A stretch of DNA of 61,184 nt, counting the filler, from a bacterium (lineage in GTDB: Bacteria > UBP15 > UBA6099 > JAJRTR01): assembly GCA_024278215.1 (NCBI GenBank). It is 3 parts of 3 records of this genome, joined end to end, with 100 filler letters (N's around TTAATTAATTAA, not from the genome) between each part and the next. Parts side by side here need not be neighbours in the genome. Positions count along the whole stretch, not along the records: positions 1 to 24,939 come from JAJRTR010000199.1; 2 more parts are not named here. One strand, written 5' to 3'. This document shows positions 1 through 10,738 of the stretch, piece by piece. Within the stretch, counting starts at the first letter, position 1. The number at the start of each line of letters is the position of its first letter. Under the pieces are notes generated by a model that saw nothing but the letters and a program-made list of their open reading frames with translations, was not told where the DNA came from and made no database searches. The position numbers and the translations under genes are program-made.

Positions 1-894
1 GCGGGACCGTTCGCCAACATCGCGGTCGGCCAGTCGTCGATTATTGCAGATCAGATCGGCCTTAAATGCGCAGATTACCACGTCACGGAATCGGGATTCG
101 GCGCGGACATCGGATTCGAGAAATTCTGGAACATCAAGTGCCGCTTCAGCGGCCTGATACCGAACTGCTCGGTTATCGTGGCGACGACGCGCGCGCTGAA
201 ATGCCACGGCGGCGGACCCGCGGTTCTGCCCGGCGCGCCGCTGGACAAAGCATACACGAGCAACAACCCGAAACTCGTTGCGGCCGGTTGTGAAAACCTC
301 CTCGCACACATCGAGACAGTCAAGACTGCCGGTATTCCACCTGTCGTCTGCATCAACGCATTCTCGACAGACACAGCGGCGGAAATCAAGGCTATCAAAA
401 AAGCTGTCGAATCAGTCGGCGCACGCTGCGCTGTTTCCAAACACTGGGCAAGGGGCGGCGACGGCGCTCTGGAACTCGCGGACGCGGTTATTGACGCCTG
501 CGAGGACAAAGTCAAATTCAAATTCCTCTATGAGGACAAAGTGCCTCTGGGCAAACGCATCGAACTGATTGCTAAAAAAGTTTATCACGCGGACGGCGTG
601 GCATATTCACCGGTCGCGGAAGCCAAGCTGAAAAAGATGGAAGCGGACCCGAAGATGAAGGACTTCGCAACATGTATGGTGAAGACTCACCTCTCGATCT
701 CGGACAATCCGACGCTCAAGGGCGTTCCGAAGGGCTGGACGCTCACTATTCGCGACATCCTGACATATGCGGGCGCGAAATTCCTCGTACCAGTGGCAGG
801 AGACATCAAACTGATGCCCGGCACGTCGGCGGACCCGGCATATCGCAGGATCAAGGTCGACACCAGGACAGGTAAGGTAAAAGGATTATTCTAA
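1..894 (+). CDS. fhs: formate-tetrahydrofolate ligase, C-terminal part (5' truncated by window)
   Basis: Frame +1 is open from base 1 ([43 protein letters not shown]); ends TAA at 894. Confidence 0.95.
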   Translation, partial: AGPFANIAVGQSSIIADQIGLKCADYHVTESGFGADIGFEKFWNIKCRFSGLIPNCSVIVATTRALKCHGGGPAVLPGAPLDKAYTSNNPKLVAAGCENLLAHIETVKTAGIPPVVCINAFSTDTAAEIKAIKKAVESVGARCAVSKHWARGGDGALELADAVIDACEDKVKFKFLYEDKVPLGKRIELIAKKVYHADGVAYSPVAEAKLKKMEADPKMKDFATCMVKTHLSISDNPTLKGVPKGWTLTIRDILTYAGAKFLVPVAGDIKLMPGTSADPAYRRIKVDTRTGKVKGLF

Positions 895-903
895 GAAAAC
901 CAG

Positions 904-935
904 GCAGGTGGGGCGCAATGCCCCGCCTGCTTTTT
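904..935 (+). terminator. rho-independent terminator after fhs
   Basis: GCAGGTGGGGC-GCAAT-GCCCCGCCTGC stem-loop followed by a T run. Confidence 0.75.
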
Positions 936-1068
936 ACTTAACATTGTTATTGTGTTGGAAAGTTTAGTTAACAGGTCGGTTGGCAATAAGGTTAGACCTC
1001 CTTATAATACAGGGATGTGCAGGCGGTTGAATGTTGCGCCCCGCAACATCAGGAAAAGGTGAGCATCG

Positions 1069-1845
1069 GTGAAGATAGCTGTTTCGGGCAAGGGTGGTGT
1101 TGGAAAAACCACATTCAGTGCGCTATTGTGCAATGAATATGAAAAAGAAGGAACAGTCGTTCTGGCTGTGGACGCTGATCCCGATGCGAATCTCGCGGGC
1201 ACACTTGGATTCACGGCAGACCAGGCCCCTACCCCGATTTCATCGTTGAAGGAACTTATCGAAGAGCGAACCGGAGCGAAAACGGGCGCGTGGGGCGGAT
1301 ATTTCAAGCTTAATCCAAAGGTGGACGACATCCCCGGGCAATTCTGTGTAAAGCGCGGTTCATTATCCCTTATGCTGCTTGGTACGGTGGAGAATGCCGG
1401 GCACGGCTGTATATGCCCTGAAAGCGCATTCCTGAAAGCGTTGATGTTGCATATCGTGTTCAATGAGAACCAGCACCTGATAATGGACATGGAAGCGGGG
1501 CTCGAACACCTCGGACGCGGCACGGCAACGGCAGTGGACGCGATTGTGGTAGTCGTGCGCCCGGACATGAAGAGCCTGGAGACGGCACGGAGGATCGTGC
1601 CTTTATGCAAAGAGTTGGGAATAGCAAAGCTTTTTTATGTGGGCAACGAAGCCCAGGACGAAAAAGATGTGGAATTTCTGGAGAAGAACTTGAACGACCA
1701 TCCACTGCTGGGAGTTATACCGGCGAGTGCGGAGGTCAGGGATTCGGGCCGAGAGGGACGCGGCCCGTTTGGTGATGAAAAAGTGAACGAAGAAGTGAAA
1801 AAAATTCGTAAACGCCTTGAAGAAGAGGCGGACGTTTCTAAATAA
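1069..1845 (+). CDS. cooC: CODH nickel-insertion ATPase CooC
   Basis: GKGGVGKTT deviant P-loop, DADPDANL, GCICP Ni motif, DMEAGLEH; directly upstream of cooS. Confidence 0.92.
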   Translation: MKIAVSGKGGVGKTTFSALLCNEYEKEGTVVLAVDADPDANLAGTLGFTADQAPTPISSLKELIEERTGAKTGAWGGYFKLNPKVDDIPGQFCVKRGSLSLMLLGTVENAGHGCICPESAFLKALMLHIVFNENQHLIMDMEAGLEHLGRGTATAVDAIVVVVRPDMKSLETARRIVPLCKELGIAKLFYVGNEAQDEKDVEFLEKNLNDHPLLGVIPASAEVRDSGREGRGPFGDEKVNEEVKKIRKRLEEEADVSK

Positions 1846-1892
1846 AAATCTAAATAATCCCGGATGTAAAAACACCGGGAGGGGAGGCATAA

Positions 1893-3866
1893 ATGGCAGA
1901 AGAAAAAAAAGCCAAACAGAAGTACTATGGCCCGGCGGACAAAAGGACGATCGATCCGGCATCCGAGGCGGTCATAGCAAACAGGTGCGATGACGGGTTT
2001 ATTGACCTGTTCGCCCGCAGTGATGCGATGTACCCCCGCTGCAAGTTCGGATCGGAAGGCGTATGTTGCAGAGTATGCGCGATGGGACCCTGCCGCGTGC
2101 AGCCGGACAAACCCGGCAAGGACAGGGGTGTTTGTGGAGCGAACGTCGACACGATCGTCGCCCGCAACTTCATCAGGATGGTGGCGGCGGGAGCGGCGGC
2201 GCACTCGGATCACGGCAGAGCCGTGTGTGAGACACTGCTCGCAGTTGCCAAGGGGCACAGTAAGGATTACGAGATCAAGGACGAACAGAAAGCGATCAAG
2301 GTCGCTCTCGACATGGGTATTGAAGTCGGCGACAGGCCGATAGTCGATATCGTCAAGGACATTGCCGAACTGGCGCTCGCACAGTACGGACAGCAGCAGG
2401 GCGAAGTACTATATACTAAGAAGGCCCCGCTGAAACTCCAGGAAAAATGGCGCGAACTCGGTGTCATACCCCGCGGAATCGACCGCGAGATAGTCGAGAT
2501 ACTGCACCGCACACACATGGGTGTTGACCACGATTACGAACACCTGCTGCTCCAGGGCGCAAGGGCTGCTCTGGGTGACGGCTGGGGCGGTTCGATGATC
2601 GCCACAGAATTACAGGACATCCTTTTCGGAACACCCGAACCGATAACCTGCGATTGCAATCTCGGAGTGCTCGAAGAAGACAAAGTCAATATCATCGTTC
2701 ACGGACATGAACCACTGCTCTCCGAGATGATAGTCGCCGCGGCGAGTTCAGAGGATATGCTCAAGGAAGCCGAAAAGGTCGGCGCTAAAGGTATTTCCCT
2801 GAGTGGAATCTGCTGCACAGCGAACGAAATCCTTATGAGGCACGGCGTACCGCCGGCCGGCAATTTCCTTCAGCAGGAACATGCAATTATGACCGGCGCG
2901 GTTGACGCAATGATAGTTGACGTACAGTGCATCATGCCGTCATTGCCAGAAGTTGCCAGGTGCTACAACACAAAAGTGATTTCGACATCGCCCCTGGCGA
3001 AGTTCCCGGGCGCCGAACACATTCAGTTCGACGAGGACGATGCTTTGAATATCGCAAAGAAGATTGTTAAAAAAGCAATCGAAAACTTCCCGAACAGGCC
3101 GGATAAGGTTTTCATTCCGGACGAGAAAGAACAATTCATCGGCGGTTTCAGCCACGAGACGATAAACTATCTGCTCGGCGGAACATTCCGCGCTTCATAC
3201 AGGCCGCTGAACGATAACATCATCAACGGCAAGATTCGCGGCGTGGCCGGTGTGGTCGGGTGCAACAACCCAAAGGACACACACGACTGGGGCCACACCG
3301 AGATGATCAAAGAGCTGCTCAAAAACGACGTGCTCGTGCTCGTCACCGGCTGCACGGCTATCGCAGTCGCAAAACAGGGCCTGTGCCGCCCGGAAGCGGC
3401 AGCGAAATATTGCGGACCCGGCCTGGCGGAAGTGTGCGAAACAGTCGGCATACCGCCGGTGTTGCACATGGGTTCATGCGTGGACAATTCGCGCATTCTG
3501 ATAGCCGCGACAGCGATGGTCAAAGAAGGCGGACTCGGCGACGATATATGCGATCTGCCCGCAGCAGGCGCGGCGCCCGAGTGGATGAGCGAGAAAGCTA
3601 TCTCCATCGGACAGTATTTCGTATCGTCCGGTGTTTACACGATGTTCTGCACGACATTCCCGTTCACAGGCTCGAAAAACGTGATGGAAGAGCTGACGGT
3701 GGGAATGGAAAAGAAATACGGCGGAATGTGGGATTTCGAGATGGACCCGGTTATCGCCGCCCAGAAGATGATTCAGCACATCGACAAGAAGCGCAAGGCT
3801 CTCGGCATAGACAAAGCAAGAGAACGCGTGCTCTTCGATATGGAAAAACGCAGGGAAATGGCGTGA
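1893..3866 (+). CDS. cooS: anaerobic Ni,Fe carbon-monoxide dehydrogenase catalytic subunit (CooS/AcsA)
   Basis: CCRVCAMGPC Fe-S motif, AAAHSDH, HGHEP, GICCTANE, VDVQC, GCNNP, GSCVDN, EWMSEKA; GGAGG RBS. Confidence 0.96.
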   Translation: MAEEKKAKQKYYGPADKRTIDPASEAVIANRCDDGFIDLFARSDAMYPRCKFGSEGVCCRVCAMGPCRVQPDKPGKDRGVCGANVDTIVARNFIRMVAAGAAAHSDHGRAVCETLLAVAKGHSKDYEIKDEQKAIKVALDMGIEVGDRPIVDIVKDIAELALAQYGQQQGEVLYTKKAPLKLQEKWRELGVIPRGIDREIVEILHRTHMGVDHDYEHLLLQGARAALGDGWGGSMIATELQDILFGTPEPITCDCNLGVLEEDKVNIIVHGHEPLLSEMIVAAASSEDMLKEAEKVGAKGISLSGICCTANEILMRHGVPPAGNFLQQEHAIMTGAVDAMIVDVQCIMPSLPEVARCYNTKVISTSPLAKFPGAEHIQFDEDDALNIAKKIVKKAIENFPNRPDKVFIPDEKEQFIGGFSHETINYLLGGTFRASYRPLNDNIINGKIRGVAGVVGCNNPKDTHDWGHTEMIKELLKNDVLVLVTGCTAIAVAKQGLCRPEAAAKYCGPGLAEVCETVGIPPVLHMGSCVDNSRILIAATAMVKEGGLGDDICDLPAAGAAPEWMSEKAISIGQYFVSSGVYTMFCTTFPFTGSKNVMEELTVGMEKKYGGMWDFEMDPVIAAQKMIQHIDKKRKALGIDKARERVLFDMEKRREMA

Positions 3867-3919
3867 TTCCGCATGACTTCACGATTATTTAATGATACTA
3901 CGAAGGAGGTAACACAAGA

Positions 3920-6154
3920 ATGTCAAAGATAATCGCAGCAGCAGGCATTCGGGGCGCGCACACCATCGTTGACAGGGTCGAAGCAGACTTGAAACGCGCT
4001 ATCGACAAATTCGGTCCCAACCAGGAAGTCGCATTCCCGAACACTGCTTACTATCTGCCTATAATTTATGGTATCCTCGGAGATAAAATCGAAAAGCTCT
4101 CCGATATGGAACCTGTAATTGCAAAATGCAAGACACTTTTACCGCCAATGGTAAAAGAGAAGAATCACCTTCCATATCTCGCGCCCGCGCTGGACGCAGG
4201 CATGGCATCACTTTTCGCCCAGGAAATGTCCGAGGGCATACGCTATGTTGAAGACCCCGATTTCTATGTTCAGGGCGAAGACCCCGAAGAGGGCAAAATC
4301 TGGCTCGGCGCGGCAGACGACGTTATTCTAAGAAAACGCGGAGTCGAGTTCGTCGACGGCACAGCTCCCGGATTCGCAGCCATCGTCGGCGCGGCTCCCA
4401 CCTCGGCAATCGCCTCGAAACTCGCTCTCGAAATACAGGAAAAGAACCTCTACTGCTTCATGGCGGCCAGCCATGACGGGAAGACATTCTCTGAACAGCT
4501 TGTTGAAGAAGGCGTCCAGATCGGCTGGCCCACAAGGCTCGTTTCCTTCGGTCCGGACATCAGCGCCGCCGTCTTCGCAATCGGCTTTGCCACGCGCGCG
4601 GCCATGAGCTTCGGAGGCATCGAAGCCGGTGATTTCCGCAAAATCCTTATCTACAACAAGGATCGCTGCTATGCCTTCGTCATGGCTCTCGGCACAGTCA
4701 CAGAAGAGTGGTACGCCACTGCGCTGGGCTGCGTCAACTACGGATTCCCGGTTATTGCCGACACACCGATACCCGAGGTCCTGCCCACCGGTATCTGCAC
4801 CTATGAGCACGTCGTTTCCAATATTCCTTACGACACCATGGTCCAGAAGGCTGTCGAAGTGCGCGGACTGAAGGTCGAAGTCGCCAAGGTAGACATCCCG
4901 CTCTCTTACGGGCCCGCCTTCGAGGGCGAGCGCGTGCGCGGCGCGGACATCTATCTGGAATGCGGCGGCGGCAAGAGCGACATGTGCGAGTATGTCGAAA
5001 CAAAGGAAATGGACGATGTCGAAGACGGCAAGATCACTGTCGTCGGACCCGACATATCCGATATTCAGAAAGACCCTTCGCCTTACCTCGGCAAAAAAGG
5101 CTATCCGATCCTGCCGCTTGCCATTCATGTCGAAGTCGCAGGACGCAAGATGGAATCAGATTATGAGCCCATCCTCGAACGCCAGGTTCACCACCTGCTC
5201 AACTACTGCCAGTTCATCATGCACATCGGACAGAGGGACATCGCCTGGCTGCGCGTCTCGAAGAACGCGGTAGATAAAGGATTCACTTTCGGCACCATCG
5301 GCACCATACTTCACGCCATGCTGCACAAAGACTTCGGAGCGATCTTCGACAAAGTCCAGATCACTCTCTACACCGAGCAGAAAAAGGTTGAAGAACTTGT
5401 CGCAAAAGCAAGAGCGGCATACAAGGAACGCGACTCCAGGGTCGAGAACATGACGGACGAAACGACAGACACATATTACTCGTGCACACTGTGCCAGTCC
5501 TTCGCCCCCAACCACGTATGCGTCGTCAGCCCCGAAAGAACGGGCCTGTGCGGATCATATAACTGGCTGGACTGCAAAGCATCAAACGAGATCAACCCGA
5601 CAGGCCCCAACCAGCCGGTCGAAAAAGGTGAAGTGATAGACGAACGTCTCGGACAGTGGAAGGGCGTCAACGACTTCGTGTCCGAAGCGTCGCGCGGAAA
5701 CATCACTCACTACAACTTCTACAGCATCATGAACCAGCCTATGACCACATGCGGCTGCTGCGAGTGCATCGCGGCGGTACTGCCCATGTGCAACGGCCTC
5801 ATGACCGTCAACCGTGACTATACCGGCATGACCCCCTGCGGCATGAAGTTCAGCACACTCGCCGGAACAGCCGGCGGCGGATTGTCCACACCGGGATTTG
5901 TCGGGCACAGCAAATACAACATCATCCAGAGAAAATATCTTATCGCCGAAGGCGGTCTTTTGAGGATGGTGTGGATGCCCAAGATGCTGAAAGAGGAAAT
6001 GGCGGACCTGCTCAAAGCGAGAGCCGAAGAACTCGGCGATCCGGACCTCATCGACAAAATCGCAGACGAAACAGTCGGCGTGACCGAAGATGAAATCCTC
6101 CCCTTCCTCCAGGAAAAGGGACATCCGGCTCTTACGATGGAATCAATAATTTGA
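3920..6154 (+). CDS. acsB: acetyl-CoA synthase subunit AcsB
   Basis: CTLCQSFAPNHVC, GLCG and TCGCCEC A-cluster motifs; N-terminal FPNTAYYLP domain; AGGAGG RBS. Confidence 0.96.
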   Translation: MSKIIAAAGIRGAHTIVDRVEADLKRAIDKFGPNQEVAFPNTAYYLPIIYGILGDKIEKLSDMEPVIAKCKTLLPPMVKEKNHLPYLAPALDAGMASLFAQEMSEGIRYVEDPDFYVQGEDPEEGKIWLGAADDVILRKRGVEFVDGTAPGFAAIVGAAPTSAIASKLALEIQEKNLYCFMAASHDGKTFSEQLVEEGVQIGWPTRLVSFGPDISAAVFAIGFATRAAMSFGGIEAGDFRKILIYNKDRCYAFVMALGTVTEEWYATALGCVNYGFPVIADTPIPEVLPTGICTYEHVVSNIPYDTMVQKAVEVRGLKVEVAKVDIPLSYGPAFEGERVRGADIYLECGGGKSDMCEYVETKEMDDVEDGKITVVGPDISDIQKDPSPYLGKKGYPILPLAIHVEVAGRKMESDYEPILERQVHHLLNYCQFIMHIGQRDIAWLRVSKNAVDKGFTFGTIGTILHAMLHKDFGAIFDKVQITLYTEQKKVEELVAKARAAYKERDSRVENMTDETTDTYYSCTLCQSFAPNHVCVVSPERTGLCGSYNWLDCKASNEINPTGPNQPVEKGEVIDERLGQWKGVNDFVSEASRGNITHYNFYSIMNQPMTTCGCCECIAAVLPMCNGLMTVNRDYTGMTPCGMKFSTLAGTAGGGLSTPGFVGHSKYNIIQRKYLIAEGGLLRMVWMPKMLKEEMADLLKARAEELGDPDLIDKIADETVGVTEDEILPFLQEKGHPALTMESII

Positions 6155-6167
6155 TTCCGCATTGACC

Positions 6168-6211
6168 GAATACTATACCTCCCGGGCCGCGCAAGGCCCG
6201 GGAGTGTATTC
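6168..6211 (+). promoter_or_regulatory. strong GC stem-loop between acsB and acsC (terminator or mRNA-stability hairpin)
   Basis: CTCCCGGGCC-GCGCAA-GGCCCGGGAG perfect 10-bp stem, extendable by GAATAC/GTATTC; no clean U tract. Confidence 0.55.
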
Positions 6212-6331
6212 TATTAAGAGTCCGGGCCACAGGCTCTCTGCCATTTCGCAGGAAAAGTCGTAAAACGCGAATGAGTAAGAACCTGAAACCGGACAAACAA
6301 CCTGTAAAAAGAAAAGAGGAGGTGCGAATGA

Positions 6332-7675
6332 ATGGCACTTACAGGAATTGATATTTTCAAAAGGCTGCCGAAGACAAACTGCGGTGATTGCGGAGTGCCC
6401 ACATGTCTTGCTTTCGCCATGGCTCTTGCAGCCGGCAAAGCGGACCTCGAAAAGTGCCCGCATGTATCCGATGAAACAAAAGAAGCCCTCGGCGCGGCCT
6501 CGGCGCCACCCATCAGGCCATTCAAGATCGGTGTTGGAGACGATGCGGTTGCAGTAGGCGGCGAGACAGTTGAATTCCGCCACGAAAAAACCTTCGTAGC
6601 GCCCACACCGATTGCGGTTCTCGTCTCGGCGGATGATGACGATGCCGTGATTGAAGCAAAGGTTAAACAACTCGACGATCTGCAGTTCGACAGGGTCGGC
6701 GTGATTCTCAAACCGAACATCGTAGCAATCAAGGACCCCGCCGGCGACAAGCTCGCGGACCTGGTCGCTAAGGTTCAGGGTATTAAGAAAGCGCCGTTGA
6801 TACTTATCAGCGACAGCGTAGACGCACTCAAAGCAGGCGCGGCAGCCGCCGGCGACAACAAACCGGTTCTTTATCCCGTTACTGCCGACAACGCCGATGC
6901 CATGGCCGAAATCGGCAAGGAAACCGGCTGCCCGCTCGGACTCAAAGCAGACAGTTACGACGCTCTTTCGGAACTCGCCGAAAAACTCATAAAGGCCGGC
7001 ATCAAGGACATGCTGCTCGACACCGGCGCGCGCGACTTGAAACAGGCTTTCCAGGATAGTGTCGCCATCAGAAGATTCGCTCTGAGGGCGGAACACAGGC
7101 CGCTCGGGTTCCCCACTCTCACGTTCCCGTGCGAAATGTCCGACGATCCCATCATGGAAGCTATGATCGCCGCCACTTTCATCTCGAAATACGGCGGGAT
7201 CATTGTACTCAGCGACCTCAAGGGCGAAGTCGTATTCCCGCTCATGCTGGCGCGGCTCAACATCTTCACTGATCCGCAGCGCCCGATGGCTACTTCCGAA
7301 GGCATCTATGAGATAGGCAAACCGACAGAAAAATCTCCACTCCTGATTACATCGAACTTCTCCCTTACCTACTTCATCGTATCGGGCGAGATCGAGGCGA
7401 GCCGCGTTGACTCATGGCTCCTTATCAAGGACACGGAAGGTCTCTCGGTCCTCACGGGCTGGGCGGCGGGAAAGTTCGTCGCAGACGCTATCGGTCCCTT
7501 CGTCAAGAAGAGCGGCATCGAGGACAAGATAGCTCACAAGAAAATCGTCATCCCCGGATTCGCGGCGCAGATCAGCGGCGAACTCGAAGAAGAACTACCC
7601 GGCTGGGAAGTTATCATCGGACCGCGCGAGGCATCTCACATCGCGGCTTTCCTTAAAGGATGGGCGCCGGATTAA
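6332..7675 (+). CDS. acsC: corrinoid iron-sulfur protein large subunit AcsC
   Basis: LPKTNCGDCGVPTCLAFA Fe-S domain, FTDPQRP, TSNFSLTYF, IGPREA. Confidence 0.95.
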   Translation: MALTGIDIFKRLPKTNCGDCGVPTCLAFAMALAAGKADLEKCPHVSDETKEALGAASAPPIRPFKIGVGDDAVAVGGETVEFRHEKTFVAPTPIAVLVSADDDDAVIEAKVKQLDDLQFDRVGVILKPNIVAIKDPAGDKLADLVAKVQGIKKAPLILISDSVDALKAGAAAAGDNKPVLYPVTADNADAMAEIGKETGCPLGLKADSYDALSELAEKLIKAGIKDMLLDTGARDLKQAFQDSVAIRRFALRAEHRPLGFPTLTFPCEMSDDPIMEAMIAATFISKYGGIIVLSDLKGEVVFPLMLARLNIFTDPQRPMATSEGIYEIGKPTEKSPLLITSNFSLTYFIVSGEIEASRVDSWLLIKDTEGLSVLTGWAAGKFVADAIGPFVKKSGIEDKIAHKKIVIPGFAAQISGELEEELPGWEVIIGPREASHIAAFLKGWAPD

Positions 7676-7798
7676 GTGCATCTTTGCAGATGAAAACAGG
7701 TCTATTAGTATTTGCAGGACCGGCGGCTCGAGAAAATCGACGATTCGGCCCCGGATATGGCGGCTCGAAATTTCCGGGCCGCGGCAAGGGAGGTTTAG

Positions 7799-8698
7799 AT
7801 GGACACAGTCTATTTGACAGGTGAAAACCTGAATATCATGTCGAAAACGATCGGCCCGGCTATGAAGGAACGCAATCCCGAACCCATCAAAGCTATGGCG
7901 CTCGAAATGGATAAGGCCGACATCGACTATATCGACATCAATCTTGGTCCCGCCCGCAAAAACGGCGAAGAGATGATGCAGTTCGTTGTGAAAACAGTGC
8001 AGGAAGTTACGGACAAACCGCTCTTTCTCGACACGACAAACGCATCCGCCATTGAAGCGGGACTCCAGGTTTACGAACGAAAATGTGACGCGAAACCAGT
8101 TATCAACTCGATCTCATGCAGGCCCGAACGCATGGAAATGCTTATGCCCGTCGCCAAGAAGTACGACGCGGCATGTGTGGGGCTTCTCATGGGCGTCGAG
8201 GGCATCCCGCGCGACGAAAACGAACGTGGTATGCTCTGCACGGAGTTTATGATGAAGGCCGATGAATACGGAATCGAACACGACGACATTTTTCTCGACC
8301 CGATCGTGGTTCCCGCGCCGTCACAGCAGATACAGGTGGCGGGCTGCACCAACTTCATGATGATGTTCCGCGACATCGCTCCGGGTTGCAGGGGCACGTG
8401 CGGACTCTCGAATATCTCGAACGGCGCGCCGACACACCTGCGAGGCATTATCGACAGAACCTACATGATCATCATCAACAGTTTCGGCATGAGCGGCGCT
8501 ATAATGAACTTCACCGACCAGAAACTCATTGACCTTATGCGCGGCAAACAGCCCGAAATCTATGACTTTGTCGTCAGTGTTTTCAACGGTGAAGAAGTAG
8601 ACGTCGCTTCACTCGACAAGGAAAAACAGGATTACTACAAAACCGTTAAAATCATAACGGGCGAAATCCTTTATTCCGACTCATGGCTTGATCTTTAA
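7799..8698 (+). CDS. acsE: methyltetrahydrofolate:CFeSP methyltransferase AcsE (pterin-binding TIM barrel)
   Basis: GENLN, YIDINLG, LDTTN, INSIS, DPIV, GLSNISNG; position inside the acs cluster. Confidence 0.88.
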   Translation: MDTVYLTGENLNIMSKTIGPAMKERNPEPIKAMALEMDKADIDYIDINLGPARKNGEEMMQFVVKTVQEVTDKPLFLDTTNASAIEAGLQVYERKCDAKPVINSISCRPERMEMLMPVAKKYDAACVGLLMGVEGIPRDENERGMLCTEFMMKADEYGIEHDDIFLDPIVVPAPSQQIQVAGCTNFMMMFRDIAPGCRGTCGLSNISNGAPTHLRGIIDRTYMIIINSFGMSGAIMNFTDQKLIDLMRGKQPEIYDFVVSVFNGEEVDVASLDKEKQDYYKTVKIITGEILYSDSWLDL

Positions 8699-8719
8699 AA
8701 AGGGAAAGGATTTACGGGT

Positions 8720-10738
8720 TTGGTGAAAATGAATAAAACAGGCGAAGAAATTCTTGCGGTAAAGATACTGCCGGAAGAATCGGTGATAAGGGTGGAGAGC
8801 GGTACCAACCTGCTCGAGGCTTTAGTGTCCGCAGGCATAAGGATAAACGCCCGTTGCGGCGGCGCCGGCGCGTGCGGCAAATGCAAAGTCGTCATAAAGG
8901 ACGGAACCGTTGAAGAGCTGAGCGACGAGAAGTCGCGGCTCACGGCTGAAGATAAGGAAAAGGGCATCAGACTGGCATGCCGCAGCATTGTACGCGAAGA
9001 CATTATTGTGGAAGTGCCGTTCGAGTCGAGGGTCAGAAAACTCGCCATGGGCGAGAAGGATACCGTGGAGGGGCGCAAGCGCATCCCGCCATGCGAAAAG
9101 GTAGATTACTTTTCACACGGCACACACGACGCGCCTGTCAGAAAGTTCTATATCGAACTCGCTGAACCTTCACTCCAGGACAACAGCGGCGACCTTACAA
9201 GGCTTTTCGGAGCCCTGCACAGGGAACACGGCATAGATGTCCGCGAGATAGACCTGCCGGTCCTTCGCATACTGCCCGGCATTCTTCGTGAAGCTGAATG
9301 GAAAGTCACCGCCAGTATCCTCTGCGAAGGCACAAATTGCGAGAAAGGTGCCGAAAACTGCTCGATCAAAAACTGCTCGAACCTAAGCATTGTCAGGGTC
9401 GAACCCGGCGACACTACCGCATCTCAATTTGCTCTTGCCGTCGATGTCGGCACCACTTCCATACACGTCCAGATCGTAGACGTGGTCAACAGAAAACCGG
9501 TCTGCAAGTCGGCTGAATATAACGGCCAGACCGCTTTCGGGGAAGATGTCATATCTCGCATAGTCTACTCGCTTAAAGACGGCCACCTGGAACAACTCCA
9601 GCGCGCCGCCGCCCGCACCATCAACGAGCTTCTCAAGGAATTGCTCGGCGAGGCCGGGCTCACAGCTTCAGACATTTCCTTTATCACGGCGGCAGGCAAC
9701 ACAACTATGACCCAACTGCTCGCCGGTATAAACTCGAAGCACCTCCGGGAAGCACCCTATGTGCCCACTGTGAATGCCCTTCCATGGCTCAAAGCCGAAG
9801 ACATCGGCATTGACGTGGAACCCAACACGCCTGTTTATCTCTTCCCCGGCGTCGCAAGCTACGTCGGCGGAGACATAGTTTCAGGAATTATGGGGTTCGG
9901 CCTCGCACGAATGGACGAACTCACTTTATATCTCGACCTTGGCACCAACGGCGAAGTTGTCGTCGGCAACAAGGAATGGATGATGACGGCCTCTTGCTCC
10001 GCGGGCCCCGCTTTCGAAGGCGGCGGCCTCACATGCGGCATGAGGGCCACTCTCGGCGCTGTCCAGGATTTCTTCATGGACCCCGATACAAAGGAACCCG
10101 TCGTTATCACCATCGGCAATAAAAAGCCCATCGGTGTATGCGGCTCCGGCGTTATCACCATCCTGGCGGAACTCCTCCGCTTCGGCATTCTCCAGCAGAA
10201 CGGCAAGCTCAACCCCGACACAGGTTCCGACAGAGTCCGCGAAGGCGAAAGCGGCCTCGAATATGTTCTCGTCTGGAAAGAGAAATCCGGCAGCGGTGAA
10301 GACATCATCATCACCGAAGCCGACCTGGATAACATCCTGCGCGCAAAGGGCGCGGTTTATGCAGGTTGCGCTTCTCTCATCAAGCAGGTCGGACTCACCT
10401 TCGACATGCTACAGAAAGTAGTTTTAACCGGCTCTTTCGGCAACTACGTGGACATCCGGAGCGCAATAACAATAGGGCTCCTGCCCGACCTGCCGCTCGA
10501 TGTCTACTGCTTTATCCCCAACGGCTCACTGCTGGGCGCGCGTCTCGCTGCCTTCAGTTGCGCACTCACCGGGGAGGCGGAACAAATCGCTAAATCTATG
10601 ACCAACATCGAACTCAGCGAAGACTCTACGTTCATGGACGGCTACATGGCGGCGATGTTCCTGCCGCACACTGACACGTCGCTGTTCCCTACGGTCAGCG
10701 CCGAACTGGAAAAGCTGAAAGAAGGGTACAAATCATGA
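8720..10738 (+). CDS. acsV: corrinoid reductive activator RACo/AcsV (2Fe-2S plus ASKHA domain); ATG at 8729 is an alternative start
   Basis: CGGAGACGKC...RLAC ferredoxin domain, DVGTT, GEDVISRI, DLGTNGE, SAGPAFEG. Confidence 0.92.
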   Translation: MVKMNKTGEEILAVKILPEESVIRVESGTNLLEALVSAGIRINARCGGAGACGKCKVVIKDGTVEELSDEKSRLTAEDKEKGIRLACRSIVREDIIVEVPFESRVRKLAMGEKDTVEGRKRIPPCEKVDYFSHGTHDAPVRKFYIELAEPSLQDNSGDLTRLFGALHREHGIDVREIDLPVLRILPGILREAEWKVTASILCEGTNCEKGAENCSIKNCSNLSIVRVEPGDTTASQFALAVDVGTTSIHVQIVDVVNRKPVCKSAEYNGQTAFGEDVISRIVYSLKDGHLEQLQRAAARTINELLKELLGEAGLTASDISFITAAGNTTMTQLLAGINSKHLREAPYVPTVNALPWLKAEDIGIDVEPNTPVYLFPGVASYVGGDIVSGIMGFGLARMDELTLYLDLGTNGEVVVGNKEWMMTASCSAGPAFEGGGLTCGMRATLGAVQDFFMDPDTKEPVVITIGNKKPIGVCGSGVITILAELLRFGILQQNGKLNPDTGSDRVREGESGLEYVLVWKEKSGSGEDIIITEADLDNILRAKGAVYAGCASLIKQVGLTFDMLQKVVLTGSFGNYVDIRSAITIGLLPDLPLDVYCFIPNGSLLGARLAAFSCALTGEAEQIAKSMTNIELSEDSTFMDGYMAAMFLPHTDTSLFPTVSAELEKLKEGYKS

